64,000 nt of DNA from Paraspadella gotoi (Eukaryota > Animalia > Chaetognatha), in assembly GCA_051294375.1 (NCBI GenBank), contig CM119264.1, positions 23,444,858-23,508,857 of the forward strand, given 5' to 3'. Positions 26,482 to 41,900 of this stretch are shown here, piece by piece. How positions within the stretch are numbered: the stretch's first letter is position 1; each line of letters begins with the position of its first letter. Below the pieces are notes generated by a model. That model saw nothing but the letters and a program-made list of their open reading frames with translations. It searched no databases and was not told the DNA's origin. Made by a program: the position numbers and the translations under genes.

Positions 26482-28609
26482 AACGCGCGCTCAAATGTAA
26501 ACAAAGGAGGTAATCTTAACGTCCGTCGTCAACGTGAAAACTGGAGACGGAAAAAATTGGGTTAAAGTTTTCTAGCTGATGAGGGAGGAAAGAAGAGAGA
26601 AAAGAAGGAAGGAAAGAAAAGGATGAAAAAAGAAAGGAAGAGAAGGAGAAGAGAGGAAATAAGAGAGAGGAGGAAAGAGAGTTAAAGAAGATATGAAAAG
26701 AGAGAACAAAAAGATAATGTAGAAAAGAAAGAAAAAAGAGAAAGGGAAGGGAAAACTTGGACATTAAAGTAGCTAACACGTTAAAAAAAATATATGTTAA
26801 ATGTTAAATTCGTCTTAAATTTTTTTTTTAAACTACATTTCAAAACAAAGACGCTTTTTGCATTATGAGACGACGGCATCTGTCGGCATCTGCTATGGCA
26901 GTGTCGGCATCTGCCATGGAAGAGTCGGCGACGCCGCCGACGGCTTCGTCGGTGGCAGCAGCGACGTTTTGTCTTGACGTTTTACGCCAGGACGAAACAA
27001 AGGACGACAACGGCGGCGAGGGTCGTAAACAACAAAACAAGAACAAATCAAAACAAAACACACTCTCTCTCTCTCTCTCTCTCTCTCTTCCTCTCTCTCC
27101 TCTCTCTCTCCTTCGTCCTCTCTCTCTCTCTCACTCTCTCTCTCTTCCTAGTTCTATAACTTCTTCTCCGCCTTCAAATTCTCTTCAATTGCCTCTTTCC
27201 CTCCCTCTCCTCGCCTCGGCGCTACTCTTATCAATCTCCCGCCTTCACTCCCTACGTTTCACGCCTCCCCTCCCTCCCCTCCCTCTCCTCCCTTCCTCTC
27301 TGCCTCTCTCCGCCCATTCTCCCTCCTCCCTTCTCCCCCCTCCTTTCTCCCTGCTCCTCCCTTCTCCTCCCTCTCTCTTCTTCTCCCTCCCTCCCCTCCC
27401 TCCTGTTCCGTCCTCCCTCCTCCCTTTCTTCTCTTCCCCATAACCATATTTAAACTGTCATGCGTCCGTCATCGCCTCCTCGCTTGCCCTTTTGCTCCTC
27501 CTTCCCCGTGTTTCCTCCTCTCTTTAATCGCCTCCCAAACTAATTTGTTCTCGTGTTGNNNNNNNNNNNNNNNNNNNNNNNNNNNNNNNNNNNNNNNNNN
27601 NNNNNNNNNNNNNNNNNNNNNNNNNNNNNNNNNNNNNNNNNNNNNNNNNNNNNNNNNNNNNNNNNNNNNNNNNNNNNNNNNNNNNNNNNNNNNNNNNNNN
27701 NNNNNNNNNNNNNNNNNNNNNNNNNNNNNNNNNNNNNNNNNNNNNNNNNNNNNNNNNNNNNNNNNNNNNNNNNNNNNNNNNNNNNNNNNNNNNNNNNNNN
27801 NNNNNNNNNNNNNNNNNNNNNNNNNNNNNNNNNAGAGAGAGACGCACGAATTCACTCGTTGCTTTTTTGTTTCCATCCGTCAAGGACTTGACGTGAAATT
27901 CACCGACAAAAGAAAAGTGAAAAAAAGAAAGAAAAGGAAAAACATAAAAGGGAAGAGGGGAAAAAAGGAAAGAACCAAAGAGAAACAAATAATCAGAGCA
28001 AAAAAAAAGACAAATAATTCAAGCGTTTTGCGTGACGTCGTCGTCGTCGTCGTCGTCGTCGAAAACTTTCACAAAAGACAAACAAAACGACAACCAAACT
28101 TCGCACGCGATTTCCGTCGGACAATTAATTGTTTAATAAAGTTATAAACATTGGAAAGAGAGAAAAAAATATTTGTTAGTGAAATCAGATTTTTGAGAGA
28201 TAATAAAATCTTGGTGACCAAATTGGAGCGCGTATGAGAGAGAGAGAGAGAGAGACAGAGAGAGAAGAGGGAGTCATTTAAGGAAGGAAAAATAAGATTC
28301 ACAAACAGAGAACGGGTGAAACAGGGATGGTCACAGGTTTTTTTCACGTGAGACTGACGGATTTCGGTTCGGACATCTGCCGGCGAAGACAAAAGGCATC
28401 CGCGGGTGAAGGCGAAACAAAAGGGAAAAAAGGAGAAAAAAAAAGTTTCGCTCGAACGATTTCGTTGAAAAGTGAAGGAACTAAGAGGGAGTGAGGGAAG
28501 GAGGGAAGGAGGNNNNNNNNNNNNNNNNNNNNNNNNNNNNNNNNNNNNNNNNNNNNNNNNNNNNNNNNNNNNNNNNNNNNNNNNNNNNNNNNNNNNNNNN
28601 NNNNNNNNN

Positions 28610-28646
<37 letters not shown>

Positions 28647-29460
28647 CGAGGTTGCGCTTAATTTATTAGGGTTGGACGGCGTAACAATGAAGTATGAATA
28701 AGGGAAATTAAATTGAGTCATAAATCTTTGTCGCGCAAAATAAAACTGAAATAAATAAAAGTAAAAAAGGTTTTTATTTTCCGAAATGAAAACGGAGGTA
28801 ACGTTTCATTTTTTAAAAAAGTAAATGAATAAATGAATTAATAAATGAATAAAAGAGAAAGAAATTCAATTATCTAGTATTCAAGTTATCTTTCGGTGCA
28901 ATATTTCTAAAATTATAGGCCCTTGCTACCTCCAACAATCTTTAACTTATTTTCTCTCTCAATTCCCAGCTTCCACTTCATACCCAGATCCTTCTTTTCC
29001 ACTTTCGTTCTCTCTCTTTAATCCCTCTATCATTTTCTAAGTAAATTTCACCCTTCCATTTATTCCTTTTTAATCTTTCTTCCCCTTTTAACTTCTCCTT
29101 CTAAACCCCTTTCCTCTTTTCTTCCTTTCCTCCTTCTCCACCTCCTCTTACTCCCTCTCCAACTGAAAGGGAATCATGGCGAATCCTTTGTGACGCTAGA
29201 GAATTGTGTCATACACAAGTAAATACGCCGAGGGGAGGAGGAAGAAGAGGAGGAAGAAAAAGAGAGAAAAAAAAACACGAATTGCGTCAAGAATTAAAAC
29301 GAGTTTTTTTTCTTTCTTTTTTTTTCCTAGAGAAATAAAAAGCTTTTTTTTCCTTTATTTTCTTTTTTTTTCGCAGGTTTATGGTACATTTTGAATTTAT
29401 GTAGACTTTTGCCTCTATTTACGATTTCGAGAGAAAAGAGAAGGTTTTATTCTCAGGGGT

Positions 29461-29580
<120 letters not shown>

Positions 29581-30255
29581 GCTTGCTTGTTCCCTTCAAC
29601 AATGATGCAATTTATTTCCTCCTATTTTCTTGTATCGCTTCCTTCTTTCTCTTCCTTTTCTTCCTTCTTTCTCTTACTTTTCTTTTTCCTTTTTTTCCTT
29701 TCTTCTGCGAATTGATTTTTCTTTTGCGTCTTTAGTTGTCAGAAGAACCGAGGAGTCGTCACTGTTTCACTTATTCTGTTTTTATCGCCCTTCGTTTATT
29801 TCTCAGCATAATTGAAGTAGAATATCACAGTACTACATCACCCAACTGTATAATTATACATTACATTACATTTTTACCCCTTTACCCTCATTCTCTTAAT
29901 TTTTTTAGTTTTTCATGTCTTTTTCCTTCTATCTTTTTTATTTCTTTCTCTTTCTTACTACCTTCTCTTTTCTTTCTCTTTCTTACTTTCTTTCGGTCTC
30001 TTTCTTACTTTCTTTTGTTCTCTTTCTTAATTTCTTTCTTTCTCTCTTTCACTCTCTTTCCACACGGTTCCATTTATGATTCCATCCAAAGCGACGTCTT
30101 CTCGTGCTCCATCTAAATATGGTGAGCGATTTAACGAAAGAAGAAACGCACGAAAGAATAAAAATCATGGAAGAACCAACTAACAAATAAATGAACAAGC
30201 GAACGAAAAAACTAACTGACCAACGAAGTTTTTTGAACAATAAAATTGAAATTAT

Positions 30256-30392
<137 letters not shown>

Positions 30393-30996
30393 CAGGTCAG
30401 TCTATAAAAAGTGACCCAACCTCACCCCCCACCTCGCTTTTTCTTTCTACTCCATTAGCACCCGCGTGTTGTTTCTCTTTTCTTCTCTTCCTTGTTTACT
30501 TTCTTTTTTCCTTTTTCTTTCTTTCTTTGGTCCGATTCGTCGTTCGAGTTTCGGCTTTGTTATGATTTCTTGACGATTCTTTGTTTGTTGTTGTTTATAT
30601 TTTTTTTTTATTATCATTTCTGGTTTAAATTTTGTTGGGCTGATTGAGAGTTTTTGGTTTATTGTCTATCGTAAGTTTAAATATTTTTGTCCTATTATTT
30701 AACAATATATCGATTCTTATCTTCCCCTCATCCCTGTTCCTCTCCATTCTCCCACCTTCAACCCCGTTTCCCTCTGACCACTTTCTCTCCGCCCAAGAAA
30801 TCCTTATCTTTCATTTTCCTCGTTGTAGCGAATCATCAGCTTTTCTCTTCTACATCTCGTCTTATCCGAACTCCGACGATAACTCACCCCGACCCACCCA
30901 ATCCTCCTCCTCCTCCTCCTCCTCCTCCGCCTAAACCTGAAGTCACATCTGGATCGAGCGGTCGAAATCTGGTCATTGATTATGAAAAAAATTTTG

Positions 30997-31082
30997 GGGG
31001 CAACAGTTGTTCATTACGAAGAATCCAGGGCAACAGTTGTTCATTATGAAACTCGGTGGTCAGCGGTTGTTCATTATCAGAA
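30997..31082. repeat. ~30-bp tandem repeat, 3 copies
   Basis: ggggcaacagttgttcatta twice, then cagcggttgttcatta. Confidence 0.8.
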
Positions 31083-31510
31083 TTTCGCCAACGAGAGAGA
31101 AGAAAAAATCAGTGGTCAATCAGAATAATGAGACGACGACGACGACGGCGATGACGACGGCCACTTTTCATTGACCTCTCGTTCCCCACTTCTCTCAACG
31201 CCTCTCTTTTCCCTTCCTTTCCTCTCTTTATTCGAATCGATTCTTCGCCGATTTTCTGGCCTTCGCTTCTCCTCAATTTCCATTTTCCTCTTTCCATTTT
31301 AAATTCTCAATATTCGTCTTTCTATTGTCATTTTGCGTCTTCCTTTTTTTCCACTTTCACCTCGATGCTTTTATCAATTTACGTTTCAATATTTATGAAA
31401 AGTTACGAAAGTTTTATTTTATTTTAGGGATAATCAAAAAATTGTACTTATCAGTTTTTCTTCATCTTTCAACTTTCAACTTTCAAGTTTCTTGTCATTT
31501 TGTCATTTTC

Positions 31511-31558
31511 CATCTCTCATCTCTCATCTCTCATCTCTCATCTCTCATCTCTCATCTC
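31511..31558. repeat. (CATCTCT)n heptamer microsatellite
   Basis: Direct reading. Confidence 0.9.
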
Positions 31559-32149
31559 CCTTTTCCCTTCCTTCTCTCTTCGCGCTCCGCCTTCGACTGA
31601 CCAGTGACCAGTTCACAATCAGTCGACTGAATCAAAATATCGATCACTTCACCGATAATATCGGTGATGACGACGACGACAAAGACGACGACGCCAAAGA
31701 CGACGACGACTACGACCTTATGATCGAGACAATGACAATGAACTGGACTTTGTCTCTTTGTCTNNNNNNNNNNNNNNNNNNNNNNNNNNNNNNNNNNNNN
31801 NNNNNNNNNNNNNNNNNNNNNNNNNNNNNNNNNNNNNNNNNNNNNNNNNNNNNNNNNNNNNNNNNNNNNNNNNNNNNNNNNNNNNNNNNNNNNNNNNNNN
31901 NNNNNNNNNNNNNNNNNNNNNNNNNNNNNNNNNNNNNNNNNNNNNNNNNNNNNNNNNNNNNNNNNNNNNNNNNNNGAACGAATTGAAGATTTGAGAGAGG
32001 GAGAAGGGGAGGGGAAGATCGAGAGGATGTGAACGGAGTTGGGGGAGGGGAGAGGGAGAAAGGGAGGAGAGACGTAATGAAGAAAAGAAAAGGAAAGAAG
32101 AGACGGAAGAATGCGGAGAGAGCGTAGAATCCATTTCTGACCAAAGATC

Positions 32150-32310
32150 GTTCCCGATTGGCCGAAAAAAATCGAAGAAAGAATGCGGTTATCGCGTCGG
32201 TTAATTGATCGGAATGAACCGTCGGCGGTCGCTGATTGGTCAACTGAAACCATGACCGATCGCCGATTGGTGGAAGGAACGGTCAGCCTCGATCGCTGAT
32301 TGGCCGAAAT
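32150..32310. promoter_or_regulatory. Cluster of inverted CCAAT (NF-Y-type) boxes
   Basis: GATTGG with ATTGG at 32157, 32235, 32266 and 32299; the last three are 31 and 33 bp apart, in CpG-rich sequence. Confidence 0.45.
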
Positions 32311-33125
32311 GAAGTGTATTCTTAATTCTGCGCCGGANNNNNNNNNNNNNNNNNNNNNNNNNNNNNNNNNNNNNNNNNNNNNNNNNNNNNNNNNNNNNNN
32401 NNNNNNNNNNNNNNNNNNNNNNNNNNNNNNNNNNNNNNNNNNNNNNNNNNNNNNNNNNNNNNNNNNNNNNNNNNNNNNNNNNNNNNNNNNNNNNNNNNNN
32501 NNNNNNNNNNNNNNNNNNNNNNNNNNNNNNNNNNNNNNNNNNNNNNNNNNNNNNNNNNNNNNNNNNNNNNNNNNNNNNNNNNNNNNNNNNNNNNNNNNNN
32601 NNNNNNNNNNNNNNNNNNNNNNNNNNNNNNNNNNNNNNNNNNNNNNNNNNNNNNNNNNNNNNNNNNNNNNNNNNNNNNNNNNNNNNNNNNNNNNNNNNNN
32701 NNNNNNNNNNNNNNNNNNNNNNNNNNNNNNNNNNNNNNNNNNNNNNNNNNNNNNNGGGGGGGGTCGAGCGATAGGGGAACTAAAAATACGAATAGAGAAT
32801 ATAAAAGAAAAAAAGGAAAGAAACGTGTTTTTTTTTGTTTCGTCATTAGTTGTAAAAAGACTAGGGTTACAAAATTTAAAATGAATTTACCCAAAAATAA
32901 ATCAAACAACCTATATATCATGAAAACTAGAGTAAGTGTGTGGGTCGGTGACTGTGTGTTGAGATTTACAAATGATTTCAAATGATTTTAAACGTTAGTG
33001 TTTTTGATTTTGTTGAAGTTGAGTTTTCCAGTCATTTACACTGTCACTGTTTTTCATTAAGTTAATACTGTTTTTGGTATTAATTTTAAAAAATGCACCG
33101 AAGGACACGATGAATGATAGAAAAA

Positions 33126-33193
<68 letters not shown>

Positions 33194-33728
33194 AAAGAAA
33201 GAAGAAAAGAAAGAAAGAAAAGAAAGAATAAAAGTTTGGGTCTCTGAGTTATCGATTTTTTTTTCTTCTCATTTCGCTTTGGCTTCGAATGGACTCTGAT
33301 TAAAGGCGCCATGATTTATGGAGATTTATGAAGGTCGGCTCGCGGTTCGGTTCCACGCGGCGCCGGATTCCAGCGCCGGAAATTCATCGCCGACTCCGGA
33401 ACCGGCTTCGATGCAGTCTCGCCCCCTCTCCTCCCCAATGAGAATTCTCCGATTTTCTCAATGCATTTCTTTGCATTTCTTACATTTTTTGTTTTATTTG
33501 TATTAAACTTTTGCTATAAATAACGTTAAATATTCTTTTGTTAAGATTTTTTTTCTCTTTTCTTTTGTTTTCTAGCAATTTCGATTGAATTTTCAAGTTT
33601 TCTCGATTTTTTCTTAAAAATTCTTTCTCAGACTTTCTTTTGTCTCTTATTTCCCAAGTGAATGGAATTGTTTTTTGTTTGTTTCTATGAGCCTCTTGTC
33701 TCTTGTTTCTAGAGTTATACCTTCAATT

Positions 33729-33812
<84 letters not shown>

Positions 33813-34087
33813 TCTTGAATTGATTTCATTCTCCTTTTATTAATTCATTATCAATTCCTTCATTTCTCCCTCTGTTCTTTCACTGTTTCTCTCTCTTTCT
33901 CATTTTCTTTCTTTCTTTCATTCTCCCGACGATTCCCTTTTTTTCCTTCTTGTTTATTCCTTCTGCTGCTCTTTTGTTTACATCCAATCTCCTTTCGCTT
34001 TTGTCTCTATTGTCGACGTCTGATAATCAAGCGGGAGATGTCGCTCCGCGAAGACGTTCACAGAGTAAAAGAAAGAGGGTAAAGTTG

Positions 34088-34088
34088 A

Positions 34089-34184
<96 letters not shown>

Positions 34185-34185
34185 A
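34088..34185. repeat. (GAAA)n microsatellite; another at 33126-33225
   Basis: Direct reading. Confidence 0.95.
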
Positions 34186-34511
34186 AAGAAAAGAAAAAAG
34201 TGGATTAATTGAAGCGGGAACGAACTCGACGAATTTAAAAATGAATCAAGACTTAATCCTGATAAAATTCCGAGTCAAGAGAAATAATGGTGCAAAATGG
34301 AAAAGAATGAGGAAAGACTCGGTGAGACTTGTGGGGGAACGATTGTGAGGAGCGACTGTGGGGAGAGATTGTGGGGAGAGATTGTGGATGAGTTTTTGAG
34401 GACTGTGGGCTGAGAGCTGTAGTCGAATTTAAAACATTTCAACTTTTCGACGAAATAATACGAAACAGAAAACAAACAAGAAAACCGGAAACGGGGAAAT
34501 TCGGAGGAGAA

Positions 34512-34512
<1 letters not shown>

Positions 34513-34597
<85 letters not shown>
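34513..34597. repeat. Compound (GAC)n-(GAT)n microsatellite
   Basis: Direct reading. Confidence 0.95.
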
Positions 34598-34598
<1 letters not shown>

Positions 34599-34769
34599 GC
34601 GATTATGACTAGAATAGAGTACAACAATATATCTATCCAAACTGGCGATTCTAAAAAAACTGTATAGTATCGCGTGAGGTTATACTAATCACACAGAAAA
34701 TTAAAGTGAGTCGATGACACGGTGATCACTAAAAATTGAAGGCATCTGAAAAACAGAAGGCAAAAGAGA

Positions 34770-34824
<55 letters not shown>

Positions 34825-36032
34825 AGAGAGATTTTATCGATTTAAATTTCGGACCGAGGTTTCAAGCTTTGGTGTTGAAATTGGAAAAATATGTGGAGAA
34901 AAACGAGAAAGGAGGAGGAGGAGGAGGAGGAGAGGGGGAGCGGGAGGAGGGGGAAGAGGAAGAGGGTAGAGGGGAGAGAGAGAGATAAGAAAAAGGAAGA
35001 GAGAGAGAGAGAAGAGGAGGAGGGTAGGAGATTGAGAGAGGTAAAAGAGACGGGAGGGAAAGAAAGACGGCAGGAGAGAAGTGGGGCTCGAACCCGGGAC
35101 GCGGAATTTAAGATTTAAACAAAAAAAATAAGTCGAGACAGAATGAAAAAAAAAAGGAGACAGAAAAAAAAATCACAAAATCAAAAACTGTGTACAAAAA
35201 CGAATGAGAATTCGTTTGGAGGAGGAGGAAGAGGAGGAGGAGGAGGAGGAGAAGAGGGGAAGGGAAGAGGAAGAGGCGTATTGAGAAGGGAGTGGGGGAA
35301 GGTAGAAGTTAAAATAAAGAAAAACAAAAGAGTAGGAAATTCAAACTGGNNNNNNNNNNNNNNNNNNNNNNNNNNNNNNNNNNNNNNNNNNNNNNNNNNN
35401 NNNNNNNNNNNNNNNNNNNNNNNNNNNNNNNNNNNNNNNNNNNNNNNNNNNNNNNNNNNNNNNNNNNNNNNCAGAGACATAGAGAAAGAAGGAGAAGATA
35501 AAAAACTGACTCATGACAAGAAAGGAAGAAAGATATGAGTCGGTTGTCGAGATAAAAAAAAATTGGGCGATACACGTGGTTTTTGGATGGAAAAAAGAAA
35601 AGAAAAACTTTACAAACGGAAATGGTCCTCGAGTAGATAGACTAAGGTTAAAGATTAGTATATAGATTAACAACGTGACCAGAATTTAGTTTTTTGGATT
35701 GAGATTGAGAAATAAAAAAGAAATAAAAAAAATACGTAGCAGAAATTTGAGAGGGTTGAGGGTTTTATTAAATTAGTTATATCAACTTCATAACATCCCT
35801 CTGTTCTTTCATTTCTTCCTACCCTCCCACGTTTCTTTTTATTCGTCTGATTATTATTACTGTTATTATTAGTTCTTCTGCTAAAAAAAAACCGTTTGGA
35901 GGTGAAATTCGGCGAGATTTCTGGGAAAACAGATTAAGAAAATATAAATGATAGTGTAAACAAAAACAGAGAAGAAGGAGAAGGCGGGAAAATTCGAAAA
36001 AAAGCCGACTTTAAAAGTCTTTTATAAAAGAA

Positions 36033-36164
<132 letters not shown>

Positions 36165-36577
36165 TGCGTGTGTAAAGTACGTTAAGTTTAAAAAAGTATT
36201 AAATTACTTCCATAAGGAATAACGTAAAATGCATAATAAAACGATTATGTACATAAAACGAAATTAACTTGTTTCAAAACGAAGCAAGTTATACTAAGTT
36301 ATCATAAGCTATACAAATTCATTTATAATCGATTTTAAATATCTTATGTTTTATAAAAAATTTGGTTTTTTAAAGTTTCGAGACGAAGAATTCTCTTGAG
36401 GGAATTAAAAGTGACAAAATTTGTTTTGAGTCAATGAAAAAGGGAGAAAGAGAAAACTGAGACTCATGTGGCGAACCTATTTTCTTCGTTATTAATCAAT
36501 TACCCAGATTTTTTAGGAAAATAGGAAAAAAACATAAAGCTTTTTCTCTATCTCCACTCTCGCTCAAATAGAATTAG

Positions 36578-36706
<129 letters not shown>

Positions 36707-37183
36707 TCAATTCGGTTATAAAATCGCATATAACTCTCTTATCACTTTAAATTTTTCTCTCGTTTCCCCGTTTGTTCCGTGAAACAGTTATATTAGCGTT
36801 TCCTTTCCCAATCTATGTCACATGTTGCTGCATCACCGAAACATCATAAACATGACACCACATCATCATAATCCCACCATAACTTTATCGCCACCTCATC
36901 GCTCAACCACCCGACCCCCTTTTTCTCCTCCTGGTCTGAAATCTCTCGTCCAGCCAGGATTATCTCTTTCCCTCCATTCTTTTCTCTGGCGATAAGACGA
37001 CGACGACGACGACGACAAGACGAGAGAATGATAGAGATGAGAATAGGACGAGTCGATCGAGATATGGGGAAGGAGGGGTAGAGGGGGATAGGAGGAGGAT
37101 AGGGGAGGATTGGGGAGGATAGGGAACAAGGGAAAGAAAGGTAGAGAGGACAGGAGGTAAAAAGGATCACTAAGAGATAGTGA

Positions 37184-37184
37184 A

Positions 37185-37241
<57 letters not shown>
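37184..37241. repeat. (GAC)n microsatellite
   Basis: Direct reading. Confidence 0.95.
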
Positions 37242-37245
<4 letters not shown>

Positions 37246-38063
37246 TAATCGCCAGTTGATCCTTCGGATGAGAATAAAACGCGTCGTTGATGCGATAACA
37301 ATGTCGCCCGAGGGTGACGAGGACGACGACGACAAAGACGATGATGATGATTATGATAGTGATGATGACGGAGAAAGCGACGGCGTCGGCGACGACAACG
37401 ATGAGGACAACGGCCAACGACAAAGTGTAAATTAAATCGCTTTATACTTTATACAAATAATACAAATAATAACGTAATAATAACACAAAGACCTTCGCTG
37501 ACTTCAGCGTTCACGCGAATGTAAAGAGGTGTACAAACTGCACCAAGAACGACAATCACCATGACAACAGCAACGACAACAACAACGACTGCACCGCCCC
37601 CTCCCCGTGAATGGGCGTCGAATATAGTTCCTCTCAAAGTCCCGAGACCGGAAGCGGCGCGGACAAAAGCGCCGCTCGTACGTGAGGTGAAACGGGAAAG
37701 GCGGAAAAGAGGGCGCGGTTGTAAAGGGAAAGAGGAAGGGAGAAGGTAAGGTGACATTTAGTGAAGGACATGAGGTGAAGATAGGGATAAGAGTTAGACG
37801 GGAGTTGAAAGTGGAGATGAGACCTCGGGGGGAGTCAGCTTACAGAAAATTATTGGAATTAAAAGGTGAATGAAGAAGGAAGAAGGGGATAAAAGGTGAG
37901 GGTCGGGTAAGTGTAAAGGGTAAGGTTGAAAGGCTTTGCTGCTATGGTGAAGGGTGAAGGAGAAAGACGAGGGTGAACCGGCGAACGACTGAGGTAATCA
38001 ATCACGAACCTTCGGCGCGACAATCGAGAAACGACTTCGCATGAGGGAAGAGAGAATCGCGGT

Positions 38064-38100
<37 letters not shown>

Positions 38101-41100
38101 NNNNNNNNNNNNNNNNNNNNNNNNNNNNNNNNNNNNNNNNNNNNNNNNNNNNNNNNNNNNNNNNNNNNNNNNNNNNNNNNNNNNNNNNNNNNNNNNNNNN
38201 NNNNNNNNNNNNNNNNNNNNNNNNNNNNNNNNNNNNNNNNNNNNNNNNNNNNNNNNNNNNNNNNNNNNNNNNNNNNNNNNNNNNNNNNNNNNNNNNNNNN
38301 NNNNNNNNNTTTTTTTTCTTATAATTTTTCTCATTTTCTCCTTCTTTCTTTTTTTTAATGTCCTCCTGATCAGCAGAGAGAAAAATCTAAAATTAAATAA
38401 ATAAAAAAAAGAAGGATTTAATCTAAATTTTCGCGGTGACTTGTTATTAAATTGTGTTTGGATCAAAACAAAAAAAGTTGTTGGTTAAGTTTTTTNNNNN
38501 NNNNNNNNNNNNNNNNNNNNNNNNNNNNNNNNNNNNNNNNNNNNNNNNNNNNNNNNNNNNNNNNNNNNNNNNNNNNNNNNNNNNNNNNNNNNNNNNNNNN
38601 NNNNNNNNNNNNNNNNNNNNNNNNNNNNNNNNNNNNNNNNNNNNNNNNNNNNNNNNNNNNNNNNNNNNNNNNNNNGAGAGAGAGAGAGAGAGAGAGAGAG
38701 GGAAGGAAAAAAGGAAGGAGGGAAATATTTCTAAGGGTCAACTTCTATTGAATTCGAGGCCCCGACAACAACGACAACAAATGCACCGGACCCATTACTA
38801 TATACGTCACAACAAACCAACGCCGAACAACAACAACAACGACAGCAATAACATCAAAACAACAACAACGACGACGACAAAAATATTAACGACAACTCCG
38901 AATCGCGTTTTTCTCATTATTCAAAGGGAATCGTCGCGATGTAAGCCGCGCGGATTTCGTTTCCCGATCTCTCTCATTCACGCGCCACCCCCCGACGTCA
39001 GGCCACGCCCCTCTCTCGAGACGCCCGTTTGTCGTTTGGACTTCCGCCGTCGTCTGTCGTCGTCGTCTGTCGTCGACATCGTAACGAGCGTCGGAGCCAG
39101 AAATTCCTCTTCGCAGAATTTTGTTTGTGGTGGACTTAAATCGGTAAATAAGGAACCCGACGACGAAGAGGTTTTTTTTTCCGGGTGGGGAAATCGGGAG
39201 GGGGGGGTTAGTTTGGGGGTGGTGGAAAGGGGTGGTCGGGCCAAAAAACGCCAATCCTTGACGGATTAGTTGGCGTCATTAATGACTAATGGGGGCGAAG
39301 AGAGAGCGAGAGAATGAGAGAGAGAAAGAGAGAGAGAGTGGCGAACGTCGACAACAATTTTTTTTTTTTTTTCAAATAATCGCTATTTCATTTTGGCCTC
39401 TTTCTTTCTTATTTTTTTTCTTTTTTTTTCGTTAGTTCCTTAATTCGTTTTGTTTCCTTTTTTTTGTTTCTTTATTTCTTAATTTCTTTATTTTTCTATT
39501 GCTATTTTTATATTTTTCTATTTCTTTGGAATATGTTGAGTAGAGAAGTAGAGAAGGGAAGAAAATAGACGACGTTTTTGTGGAAGCGCGGAAAAGAAAG
39601 AACAACAACACGACGACGACGACGACGACGACGAAGCGAAGGCGAAACGTCGAAAAGTTGAAAAATGACGTCATTATGGTGGCGCTGGAGCGAAAGCCGG
39701 AAGCGAGGGCGGCGGCAGCGGCGTCGGCGGCGGCGGCGGCGCTAGCGGCTTGTTTAGACTCTTGATTCAATCTGAATATAATGGCCAATCTTGGTGATTC
39801 AGGGGTGAACACAAAAAAGAGGCGGAGGTAGAAAAGCGAGGAATTCTAATCTCGCGAGAATTTTGAGAATAGGGGTAGGTATGAGTTGACTCTCTCTCTC
39901 TCNNNNNNNNNNNNNNNNNNNNNNNNNNNNNNNNNNNNNNNNNNNNNNNNNNNNNNNNNNNNNNNNNNNNNNNNNNNNNNNNNNNNNNNNNNNNNNNNNN
40001 NNNNNNNNNNNNNNNNNNNNNNNNNNNNNNNNNNNNNNNNNNNNNNNNNNNNNNNNNNNNNNNNNNNNNNNNNNNNNNNNNNNNNNNNTCTCTCTCTCTC
40101 TCTCAACTCGATGACAAATTAATTTTTTTCTCGAGTGGTTATGAATCCCGAGGTCAAGTGACGCCGGCACGAAGCCCCCTCGTTTGCACCGCGTCCGACG
40201 CGCCGTCTCTAAAAAGACGCCGCCTTCGCCTTCGTCGCAACAAAGACGATAACAGCGCCACCACTTTTTTGGGCGCCACTCTCGCAACAAAGACGAGGTG
40301 ACATGAGCGTCACCCGACGGGCGATTTTATAAGAAAAAATTTAAAAATAATAATATCATTTGAAATTTTACTTATCAGTGATTTTTGTGTGTGCAATATG
40401 TGTTTCTTCTTATGAGGGATGCTTTACCGTTATTACGTGAATAAGTCGTGTTTATGAATTTTGTATATATTTAGTTTTTTTGTTTTTATGTGCCATTTTA
40501 AAATTTTACTAAGACATATTGAGCAGAAACATGAAAAAGATAGAGAAGAAAAAGAAATTGACAAAGTCAAAGAAAATACAAAAATTTAGAATATCACAAC
40601 GGGGAAAACTAATAGCATAAAAATAAATATCATAAAAAGTAATAGAATGCAAAACAAAGAATCATGAAAAGTAGAAAAGAATGAGTAAGATTCACAAATC
40701 TCCCGCATGTCTCACCGCCCGCCGATTCGAGTCACATCTCCTATCGTCAGGCCTTCATAAAAATTCTCACAACTCTATTCCATTGACGAGGAGAGATCAT
40801 CCTTTTCCTTCTCCTCCTCCTCCTCCTCTTCCTCTTCCTCATCCCGCTCATCAACGTCTAAAAACCTTGGAAACCTTTTTTCCCCCTTATTCCCTTTTCT
40901 TTCCTTTTATCTCCTTTTATCTCTTTATTTTCTTTTCTTTCCTTTCATCCTCTCTTTTTACGTCGCGTAACCTTTGTCCCTCCGCCCTGACTTTGGCCCC
41001 ACACGAGGTTGGCCGATTCGGTTTTAAAAAGGAAGGATTTTCTTTACCCCAATTATGGGACTCTGTCTTCTGTCTGTTTTTATTCTTCTTTTTCTCTGTC

Positions 41101-41869
41101 TTATAGTTTCTCTCTCCCTCTCTCTCTATCAGGATCTCTGTCTCCCTCATTCACTCCGGCCTTTCTCTTATACAATCTTTTTGAATATTCCGTTATCTTC
41201 CACCCCATTGCCCCTTTAACCTTCCAAGTTTCCCCCTCATCCCTNNNNNNNNNNNNNNNNNNNNNNNNNNNNNNNNNNNNNNNNNNNNNNNNNNNNNNNN
41301 NNNNNNNNNNNNNNNNNNNNNNNNNNNNNNNNNNNNNNNNNNNNNNNNNNNNNNNNNNNNNNNNNNNNNNNNNNNNNNNNNNNNNNNNNNNNNNNNNNNN
41401 NNNNNNNNNNNNNNNNNNNNNNNNNNNNNNNNNNNNNNNNNNNNNNNNNNNNNNNNNNNNNNNNNNNNNNNNNNNNNNNNNNNNNNNNNNNNNNNNNNNN
41501 NNNNNNNNNNNNNNNNNNNNNNNNNNNNNNNNNNNNNNNNNNNNNNNNNNNNNNNNNNNNNNNNNNNNNNNNNNNNNNNNNNNNNNNNNNNNNNNNNNNN
41601 NNNNNNNNNNAAAAGAGAGAGATTTGTCCTCCCCCAGTCATTGTTACGCTCTGCCCCTCTCTCTCTTTCTCTCGTCTCTGCTCTCTCTCTCTTCTCTCTC
41701 TCTCTCTCTGATCTTCGATGCATTTGCATATATCGTTTATCTATTACTGAACTCTTCTTTCATTCTTCTCTCCACTTTTTTTTTTATTTCCAGCGACGGG
41801 AAGTTTAAAGGGGGGGAAGTGGGGGGAGTGGTGAGAGAAAGAGAGGACGGCCTTTTGTTTACCCACGTC

Positions 41870-41900
<31 letters not shown>

